Shown here piece by piece: positions 29,040-39,699 of a DNA stretch of 64,000 bases. Location: NCBI GenBank assembly GCA_964035545.1, contig OZ037767.1:9000581-9064580 (forward strand), given 5' to 3'. The notes under the pieces are model-generated. The model was not told where the DNA came from and made no database searches. It saw nothing but the letters and a program-made list of their open reading frames with translations. Source of the DNA: Bugula neritina (Eukaryota > Animalia > Bryozoa). The translations under genes were made by a program, and so were the position numbers. Position 1 is the first letter of the stretch, and each line of letters opens with the position of its first letter.

Positions 29040-31445
29040 AACTTATAGCTACACTAACTGCATAAGTGTAACTGTAACAGAAACTATAAATATAAGTATC
29101 ACTATTACTGCATGACTATATTATAAGTATGGATGTAACATTGGCTATAACAGTAAGTATTAGTATAGCTATAACTTATAAGTATAAATATATTATAACA
29201 TTATGATTGACAAGAAGTAAAACTATTACAATGACTATGATTATGAGTATGAGCATTACTACCAGGAATGAGTTAAGACTCCGGTGGCTGGAAGACAGAA
29301 TGAAAAGCCATTTATAGACATTTTTTATTCCTATAAACATTCTTGATTCCTGTTGCTGCGGATGTCCTACTTCAACTGACTATCACTATGTCGATATAAT
29401 AATTAGTCACTAAAATTAAATTCAACATTTATATATTAAATGTTGTACTTAATCTCATACCAATAATACCTATACGTGATACCTAATAACTCATATTTTA
29501 TACTTACACTTATAGGCTATTGGCATAGCCAATAGTTACACTTATAAGTTATAGTTATACTTATAGGCTACAGCCATAGTAATAGTGAAAGTGATACTCA
29601 TACTGGTACTGAGTTTAATAGGCTTTGGAATATAATTTAAATTATTAGTATTACTATTACTTATTACTATTAAAATTACTCAATTAGTGTTAGTATTACT
29701 ATTATAATTATGATAATTCATCATTATTATGAAGCTATACCTATATGTTATGTAAGGTTTTTCACTAGACTGGGTTTGAAGGTTGCACTTCATCTAGGTC
29801 AGGGTTTTTGGCCAGTCCACTACTAGTTCTTATTGCTAATTCAATTGAAAAACTAGAATGACTCAGCTTAACTCAGCTATACAGCAGGCTACTGTTAGCT
29901 ATTGAGCTGCTGCATAAAAAGGATAGCTATTTATAGCAAGCAGATGGTGAATACCTACAATCAGTAATCAGGAAGACATCTACTGGGCATAGACCCACAA
30001 GGTAGTTATTTTATATTACACTATATTATTCTATATTTAAGTTTTGTCATTTTGATAAATTATACTGTTGTAGCTTCAATGTAAATAATGACATTTCTTG
30101 TATTTATGTTTTTGTATTACTGTCAGTTGGTCATGTATTATATAGTTAACATTGCTTAATATAGGTTTCACGGTTGGTAAGCAGGGTTGGCCATTGATTG
30201 ATTTCTGGTTAGTTATATGAGAATCAGAATGGTTGTATGTAAAGATTCACAAAGGTTTGAATGTTAGAAATAAAGATGAAATCTAACCCGTGCGCTTTTC
30301 TGGCCCAGCAGTTTGTTCAGTGGTAAAACTAAATGAGCACCAAATTCTACTCATGCACCAGAAATCACAATTCACAATTGGTCATAACTCCTAAGTGATA
30401 ACTGATAGTGATAAGTCTTAAGAAGCAGAAGTGAAAACTTCATAAGTTATAATTATAATAATAATTATTACTATTAATATTATAATTTAATCTTATAAAT
30501 ATAAGTTATAAAATTAAATATAACTATAAGTATAAGTATGACTATTAGTATTAACTGTAAGCTTAAATTAAAATCAACTTAAGTATTACATTATGATTAT
30601 CATTATGATTATGATTAAGTTTAACTATAACTTGAACTTCATTATGATGATCATAAGTCTAAGAAAAAGCTAAATTAATTTTACTTTTTAATAACACTAG
30701 CAGCAAATATATCACCAATTATACTATTAGCGGGTTATTAATATTTATATTATAATTATTTGCATGTAGTATTTTTAGAGGTGTTCATTCTTTTTTAACG
30801 CTATCAGCACTGGCATTGGCTATCAGCATCATTACCAACGGGCAATCGAAGACTTCTCGCTCTTAGAATATTTTATACCGGTTTGGTAAATAAAACGAGC
30901 CTAAGGCTACGCAATAATCATCATGAGTCAATAAGAACTGAGGTGTGAGAAGTTTTACTGATTTGCGTGTTGAATAACTCGACCCGTTAAAATGGGCGTC
31001 GCTAGCAGGTGAGAAGTCATTACATTGCGTTCTGATTGGCGAGGTTAAACATAATGTAATGCCAAACCCCCAATCATCATAGACCTTCGCGTGTGATGTT
31101 TACATGAAACTCGCTCGCGGTCAATTCGTGAATAAAAGGAGCAACATTCTACACTTGAATCATTTGGTTAAAAAAATTATTAAAAATGAACACCAAATTT
31201 ACTAAAAAAAGTCACAATTGTTTTAATTATCACTAAATATAAATTATATATCATTGGCATTGTTGATTATAAGTATAAATATATATAACCATAACGTTAT
31301 ACTTATACTTATACTTATACTTATAGTTATACATTAAGTTTAACTTCAAGTTTATGTCAAACTCGGTGCGAGTGTCGTACTCGTACTAATACTGATATTC
31401 ATAGCCCTAGTGGTAGTCATACTCATACTGATACTCACACTCATC
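29040..31445. repeat. Patches of degenerate 6-mer AT-rich low-complexity DNA (TATAAG/ATTACT/CTTATA)
   Basis: Blocks at about 29040-29760, 30430-30760 and 31260-31445; a similar block is at 38560-38790. Confidence 0.7.
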
Positions 31446-31690
31446 CCTATCTGTGTTGAGTCTCTAAACCCTCGATAAGGAAGAGAAGACTTTCAGTTTC
31501 ACGGAGGAGTGTTACTTACTTACTTCGATACTTCGACTTTAGCACACGCTAGATCACCATAAGGCGCAAGAGGCGTGCCTCAGCAGCTTGTTACAATACA
31601 TTTGACATAGAATTATAACTGTATTTGCATACATTATGCATTTTAAATTTGGTAATTGTAGTACCTTTCAGGTTATCATTTATCAAGTAT

Positions 31691-34600
31691 TTAGGGAGTT
31701 CCAATTCTTAGGTCTCCAATAGTGCGCGGTAGGAAGCTGTTATGATATGCTGTGCACATGGCAGATATCGCAAGTGGTATTCCGTTAGAGGCAGCCCTCG
31801 TGGTAACCGTAGCGGTTGACTTGTGTAATAATTTTATGCGTAGAATGTTATAATTCGCTGCATGCAATTATTTGTGTGGGTTGCTAGCTGATTGAACACA
31901 GTGACTCTTTGTGAGAGTACTTAGAACACAGTGACTCTTTGTAGGGGGGTATTTATGCACAAATAAATAAGAAATTTAATACTCACAATCCCTTTATTTT
32001 ACTCCACAATACATAAATCCAAAAATAGAAAGTTAGGGAGGACAACTCCTTACATCGTGTGGAAAACTTACTAGTAATTGTTAAACAAGGTATAAGATAA
32101 TTAATTAAATGTATAAGTGTCCTGGCTTGGTAGCTCCGAGATGTGTCCTGTTGTGCTGCTGGCTGAAGACTGAATCTACTGAGATGAGGGCCTCCTTTTA
32201 TATGTTGGGAAACAGTCCAACTAGAATGTTCCGTGCGAATTCGAGGGAATTCGCTCGAATCGCAGGGGATTCGCAGGGCCAGAACAAAGGTTTCGCTCGA
32301 ATCGAGCGAACTTCGCAGGGAAATCCCGGTCATCTTGATTATATAAGTGTTCCTGTGAGCCGTCAGAAACAATAGCTAATCCAGTCACGTCAGTAATACT
32401 AAGCAGCTGGGAATAATAGCTAATCCCATCATTGCCAACATAACACTTAGCTGTTACAATACTATGGCTATGTAAATGATATATATCTAGGAAAACACGC
32501 ATTCCATGGGAATGAAGTTAATAATAGTAAGGGAATACAAGCATCAGTTATACTATACACAATTTTACCACACTTGTCCCTTGTCAGTTCAGTGTAGCTG
32601 GAAGATAATGCCTGATGACATTCTTCTTTGGACAAGATCTTCAAAAGGAGGGTTATTCGTAGGCTTTTGCGACGATCTTCCAGTGATGATATGTTGAGTT
32701 GTTCTCTTGCATCACTGATGCTAGCCTCCCGGCCTTTGAGACAGCAGATGAATCTAATAGCTCGGTTCTGGACTAACTCAATTTCTTTCACAAGTTGCTT
32801 TGTTACAGGATCCCAAGTGGTTGCGGCGTATTCTTGTATAGGCCTGCAGAGAGTCATATATGCCAGCAGCTTTGCTTTCTTGGGAGCTCCATAGAGGGAC
32901 AGCTTTAGCATGCCAAGAACCTTGTATGCTTTGTTTATTTTCTTAGTTATGTGGCTGTGAAACTTGAGGTTAGATTGTAGTGTAACTCCAAGGTAGGTAA
33001 TCTCATCTACGTAGGGCAATGTTTCTCCCCCTAGTCGATATGATGGTTGAATTTGGGGATCTTTGCCAAATGACATGATTCGGCATTTTGAGGAGTTGAA
33101 CGGCATCTTCCACTTCAGAGACCAATTCTCAATTTGTTCAATATTCTTTTGGAATTTTCGGACATCATCTAGGGAGTCCACCTCTTGAAAAATCAGTGTG
33201 TCATCAGCAAATAAACTGACACTGCAACTTAGTAGATCAGGGAGATCATTGATGTAAAGAAGGAATAGGGTGGGCCCCAGGACAGAGCCCTGTGGAACGC
33301 CAGAAAAGACTGGTAATCTACCAGAAGAGTGGCCATCTATGATTACTTGCTGCTCTCGCTTTGTCAAAAAATTCTGGAGCCATCGGAGTATGTGAGGATT
33401 AATTCCATCAACGACGCTTAACTTATGTATGAGTAGCTTGTGGGGAACTTTGTCGAAGGCCTTCTGGAAGTCGAGAACAAGAGCATGAGTGGTGTGGGAG
33501 TTGTTTATTGACCTGGCAATTTCATGGAGGGTTCCACAAAGCTGTGTTTCGCAGGACAAGCCACGACGGAAACCATGTTGACGATTATGGAGGATGGGAT
33601 CTAACAGTTTATTGAGATAGTGTAGCACAATGTGTTCTAGTAATTTGCAAGGTATACTGGTTAATGATATTGGTCGATAGTTGTTTGGCATATCTAGCTG
33701 GCCTTTCTTGTGGACAGGGATGATGTTGGCTAGCTTCCATCCCGCAGGAAGTTTGGCACTGCGCAAGGATGCGTTAAAGATTAATGTTAGGCAGTTGGCT
33801 ATCAATCTAGTATCGATGCAGAGATCCTCTTTGTTAAGTCCGTCCGGACCAGGTGCCTTACCAGTTTTGAGATCGTTCAGAAGCTTTTCCACCCCATCGG
33901 AAGTCACATTCAGATCATCATCAGAGTGATAAGGGAGGTCGTCGGTGTAGAAATCTTGCTGGCAGAACTGTTGCTGAAAGAAATTATTGAGCATCTCAGC
34001 ATTTTCTCGAGGATTAGTTGTGGAAGTACCATTAGGGTGAGTAAGTGTCAGCATGGGTTTTGTTTTGTTCTGAATATTCTTCAGATATTTAAAGAAGGGT
34101 TTGCTGTTTCCAGCTTCCAATGGTCCGCATACCACTTCAGTGGTATAGTTGTTCCTTAGTTCTCTCAGAGTGCGTTTAGTGTCACGTCTTTGTTGTTTGT
34201 ATTTTGTCAGAAAAAAAGGGTCATTTGTTTGTTTGAATTTGTTATACGTTTCACGTTGTTTCTGGACTAGCTTCTTCGCTCTAAGATTGAACCATGCAGG
34301 TTGATCACCTTTTGGTTTGCATATTCTTATAGGGACGTGGTTAGAGATTGAGGTTCTAAGTTGGGAGACAAACAGCGGCCACATGCTATCGACATCACTC
34401 ATTTCTTCCAGCTGAAGTTGTACATGAGACATTTGTTCTCGGAAACCCTCAATATTAGCTTGGCGGTATAGTTTAATGTATTTCAATTGAGGTGTGACAC
34501 TAGTAGTAGCCACTCTATGTTGTATAGAAGCCTCAATAAGTGGTCACTTAAGCCAGGTTCAACAATATTGATTGATTGAATGTCTTTGGGTTGATTTGTG

Positions 34601-35175
34601 AGAATGAGATCTAAAGTATTACCCTGGATGTGAGTAGGTTGGTCAATAAGTTGAGTCAGGTTATTTTCAGCAATTAAATTGAGAAACTCTCGGTGAAGGG
34701 CTTGATATTAGCAGTTTTTTTTTAGTTGGGTACATTTCCAATCAACATTGGGAAGATTGAAATCACCAGTTATGATTATTCGATCGGTAGGATATTTGCT
34801 AGAAATTTCTTCGAGGAGAAGCCAAAATTGAGAGAGACTGTGTGCAATGTTGGGTCTATAAAAACACCCAATAATAGTATTATCATCTAGTCTTAGGACA
34901 ACTATTTCCAGGTCTGCTGATCCGACTTCTACATATTTAACACTCAGTTTATTGTCAATGGCAATCATTACACCACCACCGTGAAGGTTCCTATCACATC
35001 GAAAGACAGTCTTCTGAGAGAGATCCAGGATTTGTTTATCAGTAACACTCTCATCCACATGGGTTTCAGTGACACACACTATATCGTAATTCATAGCAAG
35101 AGATGTCAATTCTGAGGATTTGCCTTTGACAGACCTGGCATTCAGTAGTAGTAGTCTTAGGGGTGAGTTGACTCT
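31691..35175 (-). pseudogene. LINE ORF2 (APE endonuclease + reverse transcriptase), disabled
   Basis: APE: LLLNARS, VTETH, GGGV, GDFNLP, LDLILTN, SDH. RT: KAPGPDG, NYRPISLTS, QHGFR, LDFQKAFDKV, GVPQGSVLGP, FADD, YLGV. C-terminus SFLPRTI at about 31715-31735. Lesions are an in-frame TAA at 34708-34710, a frameshift near 34540 and the solo-LTR insertion at 31824-32572. Confidence 0.9.
31824..32572 (-). mobile_element. Solo LTR (749 bp), Ty3/Gypsy-like 4-bp TSD
   Basis: TGT...ACA termini, flanked by CTTG at 31820-31823 and 32573-32576. Removing it restores ORF2 in frame (TRDK|STATVTTRAAS). TATAAAAG (about 32195-32202) and AATAAA (about 31994-31999) are on the minus strand. Confidence 0.88.
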
Positions 35176-36121
35176 TTATTGCTGGGTTCATATTGACCCA
35201 GTCCCCCGAATTCTGTGTTTTTGTTTGTATTCTACCTCCTCGTATACAATACTCAGCATCGCTATTTGAAGATCTCAGTAATTTAACTTGTTGTCTCATG
35301 TTGTATTCTTCATCTCGTACTTCCTTACTAGTGTCCAACTTGCAGAAAAAACCTTCAGCTTTCAAGGTTGAGTTCACGCGCTTCACAAAATCCCATTTGG
35401 CTTTTTCATCATCAAAGACTACCTTAACCGGGCGAGGCTTAGTGCCTACTCTCCCAAGCCGAAAAGCTTGGGAAGGAAAGGTCACATGCTGGAAGTTTCC
35501 AGAATCCATTAGCTCTTTTACCTGATCGATAGCACCTTTTTCTCGGTTTTCAGCCATACCATATAAAATGGCATTTAGTTTTCGGGTCTCATTCTTTGAG
35601 TGAGCAAGGGACTTTTTAATCACTGTTTGTGCAGAGGCGTTTATCTCTATAGATTTTTTTATGTTTTCCTGGTTTGTTTGGAGGACACTGCTATATGTTT
35701 TTTCGAAAGTTTGGAGTTGGTCAGTAAGTGATTTGTCTTGTTGTAAAATGCTTGTGGAGAGCTTACCAATTACCTCTTCAATTTTGTTTAGCCGATCACT
35801 GACTGATTCCATGCCAGTGTTATTAGGTGTTTTACTAATTGACTTTGTTTGTGGCAGGCAGGTTTCACAGCACCATAGTACACCCTTCGCATTTGCTGCT
35901 TTGCTGATGTAACCAACTTCGGAGTTTGATAGATTTTGGCAGAGAGCATGAAACCAGTACTGACATAAGTCACACAAAATCCACTTAGAATCAATCTTCT
36001 GTTTTCGGTTTTTAGCATTAGTTATAAAGCAATCCTCTTGCTTGCAGGAATAGCATTTCTCAGATTCTGTATTCAAACCATCATCACTGGCACAAACTAT
36101 GTCACTGTTAGTTTGAGACAT
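35066..36121 (-). CDS. LINE ORF1p with N-terminal PHD finger and coiled coil
   Basis: 351-aa ORF. C4HC3 pattern CYSC...WILCDLCQYWFHALC...WCCETC; later NAILYGMAE and RLGRVGTKPRPVKV motifs typical of CR1/L2-group ORF1. Confidence 0.88.
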   Translation of the reverse strand: MSQTNSDIVCASDDGLNTESEKCYSCKQEDCFITNAKNRKQKIDSKWILCDLCQYWFHALCQNLSNSEVGYISKAANAKGVLWCCETCLPQTKSISKTPNNTGMESVSDRLNKIEEVIGKLSTSILQQDKSLTDQLQTFEKTYSSVLQTNQENIKKSIEINASAQTVIKKSLAHSKNETRKLNAILYGMAENREKGAIDQVKELMDSGNFQHVTFPSQAFRLGRVGTKPRPVKVVFDDEKAKWDFVKRVNSTLKAEGFFCKLDTSKEVRDEEYNMRQQVKLLRSSNSDAEYCIRGGRIQTKTQNSGDWVNMNPAIKSQLTPKTTTTECQVCQRQILRIDISCYELRYSVCH

Positions 36122-36944
36122 ATCAATTAATTGATTTAAAATGAGAAATTCGAACGTTTGTGGGAATAATTTATTCTATGTTGAAACTTTTTTTTTAATT
36201 GCAATTGTAGATAAATTTTTGCTGCTGAGGCACTTTCTTACTAAAAGTTGAAGAAAATTTTCACTAGATAGGTATAGATATAAATTTATGAAAATTTACT
36301 AAGAGCGCCAGTAAAATCACGACCGTCTCGCGTAATAATCAACAACAATGTTAGAAACTGAAAGGCATAACTTCAGAGATTCAAATTCTAAAGTCCCTGA
36401 TTGTCATGGGAAGGAAACTTAATTTTAAGGCAGATCTCACAATTTGTTAGTAACGAACGAGAAATATGTCTGGACATGTTAGGATGGATGAATAATTAGT
36501 TCTTGAAACTGAAAGGTAATAATTTCAGGACAGACTAGGTTTAGGTCTAGGTAACTCAAGAACCTTTAGATCAAGTGGTTCAAGAGCTTGCCTTGTTAGT
36601 TTAGGTGGAATATACAAACACAACACAAAAAATTCATCCCCATTCTTAGAACATCCGACTCTGACACAAACAACCTCAATTGGAAAAAAAGATTTTTTAA
36701 AAAAATATTTGTTCTTGAGATAAATTGGGCGATAAAGCCAACAAAACTCCTCCTCCATGACAATCTCAGTCTACCCTGTAAATGTGTTTATGTGAAGAGT
36801 TTAATATCATATCATTTTGGTACGAGGGATCAATATGGGTCTCCGTGACACAAAGAATGTCACATTCAGAGGATAGAACTTGTATTTCGTTTATTTTGCC
36901 TCTTACTGACCTAGCATTTAACAGTAATATTTTTGTTGGTACCA

Positions 36945-37931
36945 TCAATTAGTCACTTTTACTATTTTCCCCTTTTTGATTTTGTATTTGGAATTCGGAT
37001 CTACATTTCTCCTTTCCTTCAACTCTTTCCTGAGCCGAAAATCCTCATCCTGTTCTTTCTTAGTGAGGTCTTTTCTAGCAAAAACACCTGGCATTTTCAA
37101 CCCATTAATCCTACTTAGCAGGTCCCACACTTGACTTTCTGACTTGGTGCTTAATCTAAGTGGGCGAGGTCGCTCTGTATGCTTTGTAGCATCGTACCTA
37201 CCTAGCCTATAAATATTACTTTTATCTAAACTTAAGTCAACATGGCATTCATTTATAATATTGTCTACTTGCTGGACCCATTCCTCTCTATTGTCACACT
37301 CTTTTATTCCAAAAATAACTATATTTCTAGATATTAATTCAGAGTCCTTTTCCCTTCTTTCTCTACTCTCTATTTTAGAAACTAAAGAGTTAGTCTGTTT
37401 CTCGAAGCTTTCCTGGACTTTTATAACATTTTGTTCCAAGGTCTTTGTAACAGCTGCATATGACTTGCCTAGTGTTTGGTTATTGTCAGAGACTTCCTTA
37501 AACTTATCAGCCAGAACAGTAAGTTTTGTTTCAAATACTTTTTGATTCTTGCACATATCATTATATTGTACCTGTATTTTATCAAGTGTCACCTGTAATT
37601 CCAACTCGAGGTCTGTGAGCTTTGTAGTCATCTTATGTTGAGTTGATTTAACTTGCTCTTGTGTATTTTTGAAAATATTATCATACCTATTTTCAAGTGT
37701 GCGAAAGTTTGGATGATCACACCTCTCACAATACCAATGAACCCCAGGCAACTCTAGTACCTTAACATTACTCTTTGTAAATTCTGTGCAACCATAGTGA
37801 AACCACATTGTACAGATCTCACATTCAATTCCCTCCTCTGAGACTGCTTTAGAACAAGTACCACATGTCATTATCTTTCCACTACTACTACTGTTTCGTG
37901 AGCCCTTGGCCTTACGATCAGACTGACTCAT
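36945..37931 (-). CDS. LINE ORF1p with PHD finger
   Basis: CGTC...IECEICTMWFHYGC...WYCERC; coiled coil; NIVIFGIKE; YRLGR...PRPLRL; DLTKKEQ. Confidence 0.88.
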   Translation of the reverse strand: MSQSDRKAKGSRNSSSSGKIMTCGTCSKAVSEEGIECEICTMWFHYGCTEFTKSNVKVLELPGVHWYCERCDHPNFRTLENRYDNIFKNTQEQVKSTQHKMTTKLTDLELELQVTLDKIQVQYNDMCKNQKVFETKLTVLADKFKEVSDNNQTLGKSYAAVTKTLEQNVIKVQESFEKQTNSLVSKIESRERREKDSELISRNIVIFGIKECDNREEWVQQVDNIINECHVDLSLDKSNIYRLGRYDATKHTERPRPLRLSTKSESQVWDLLSRINGLKMPGVFARKDLTKKEQDEDFRLRKELKERRNVDPNSKYKIKKGKIVKVTN

Positions 37932-38020
37932 TTTTTAAAATCAAAAGGTGGACTTACAAGTAAGAAAATAAAATGTATGATTGGCTCTAGAGTAGTAGTA
38001 GTGATTCAAAAATCTGTCCC

Positions 38021-38320
38021 AATCAATTCAAATCCAAAATCACTGAAAAAAATAAAAAATAAATAAATAATTTACTCTAAAGTAGTCACTGTCTAGTGAC
38101 TCAGAAAAATTGGTCCCAAATCAACTGACAACTGAACTCAGCGACAACTGAACTCAAATCAACTCAAATTCAAAATCACTGAAAAAAATAAAAAATAAAT
38201 AAATAATTTACTCTAAAGCAGTCACTGAAAAAAATAAAAAATAAATAAATAATTTACTCTAAAGTAGTCACTGTCTAGTGACTCAGAAAAAATGGTCCCA
38301 AATCAACTGACAACTGAACA
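38021..38320. repeat. Tandem duplications in the 5' UTR of the second LINE
   Basis: CACTGAAAAAAATAAAAAATAAATAAATAATTTACTCTAAAG occurs 3 times; GTCTAGTGACTCAGAAAAA..GGTCCCAAATCAACTGACAACTGAAC occurs twice. Confidence 0.9.
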
Positions 38321-38834
38321 TTTTCATTACCCTAGCTAGGAAGTAGGAATTGAAGTAAAAACTTTATTATAATTTATACAGCTTGATTTTCTACGTGACT
38401 CCAACGTTTCTAGCTGTTCTCGAGCCTTGGTCGTACTTTGAATTCTTTTTAAACTCAGTATAAATCGCATTGCCTTGTTCTGGACTAGTTCTAGTTTGTA
38501 TATATCTTTCAAATAATGGGTGTCCCATACTTCACTAGAGTATTCTAGTCATTTAATTTTATCATTATCATTATGATTACGATTATGACATTATGATTAT
38601 TACTATCGGCATCATTAATAGTAATACTGATAATAATACTAATACTTTGTTGTAGGTACCAACTAATTCTAATACAGAATTAGAATACCAAATCTTATGC
38701 TATTAGTATTATTGTTGTACTAATAATAATATTTTAAAAGTAATAAAAACAATTGTTTAATTAGTAACCCTAACAATATTAGTATTTAATTTTTTGTTGT
38801 TGCTTTTTTAGTCAAAGACTATGACTAAGTCTTA

Positions 38835-39680
38835 GTGACCTCATGCTGTTTAGTTCACCCTAGAGAATGTCCTTGGGGGTGTGTCCATCGTCCATGCTTC
38901 ATACATGCTCAAACCAGTGCAGTTTTTTTTGAGCATAGTAAACATGCTTGAGAGGCCAGCTTGAGAAAGAAACTCCACATTGTTCAGTCGGTCTTGCCAT
39001 GTGATCACCAAGATGTGAAGGTTACGCAGGGGAGTGTGTTCAGACACCCCCCTCTTCTGCCTGGCATTTGTGGTCCAAGTCTCACTGGCATATAGCAAAT
39101 TTCTGACGACTCAAACGTTATATACTGCCATCTTTGTGGACACTGTCAGCTTGGTGCTAGTCCAGATGCAGTTTGTGAGACGGGCTATCCTTATTGCCGC
39201 CTTTCAGATTTTCTTGCTGATCTCACTGTCAAAGAAGAAGATTTCAATGATAGTATTACTGATGTAGATGGACTTCTTAAGAACATCTAAGCTGCAATTG
39301 TCTAATAAAATGGCTGGTGGTGTCACTGTGTCCTGTTCCTGGAATTTTGTCTTTTTTGAAACTGATCGTCAACCTAAAGTCTTTGCAAGCCCGTGAGAAG
39401 CTGTCCATGAGCGTCTGCAATCTTTGCTGTGTGTGTGTGGTGTGAGAGCACTATCATCAGCAAACAGCATGGCTCTGATGATGTCTTCACGTACTTTCAT
39501 TTTGGCTTTGTGGCGGCCGAGGTTTAAAAGTTCACTGTCAGATCTATTCTGTAGGTAGATGCCTTCTCTTGAAGTGTGAAAAGTGTGCTTTAGAAGCATG
39601 GCAAAAAAACTCCAAAAATTTATCGGTGCCAGGGCACAACCTGGCTTGATGCCACTTTATATGTCAAATGTCAATGTATA
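38835..39680 (-). mobile_element. Degenerate RTE-clade LINE RT fragment
   Basis: GIKPGCALAP, REGIYLQNRSDSELLNL, MLFADDSAL, LYASETWT and ITWQDRLNN motifs, with frameshifts. Confidence 0.8.
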
Positions 39681-39699
39681 CCCTGCCCTGTCCCAAATG

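Larger units (their letters stand above)
31512..36335 (-). mobile_element. Near full-length CR1-group non-LTR retrotransposon (LINE), interrupted by a solo LTR
   Basis: PHD ORF1, APE+RT ORF2, a 3' UTR with a GCACGC...GCGTGTGC stem and a (TAAG)3 tandem tail at 31512-31525. The 5' end is approximate, taken from the CpG patch near 36300-36333. Confidence 0.9.
36570..38420 (-). mobile_element. Second PHD-ORF1 LINE (different family), 5'-intact and 3'-truncated within the endonuclease
   Basis: Intact 328-aa ORF1. ORF2 starts MVPTKILLLNARSVRGK...VTETH, hits a stop before DCHGGGVLL, frameshifts, and similarity fades after LYIPP. Boundaries are approximate. Confidence 0.8.

Noticed and set aside
32506-37545. 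Plus-strand ORFs over the LINEs
   Set aside because: They are antisense shadows of the minus-strand ORF1 and ORF2 and carry no motifs.
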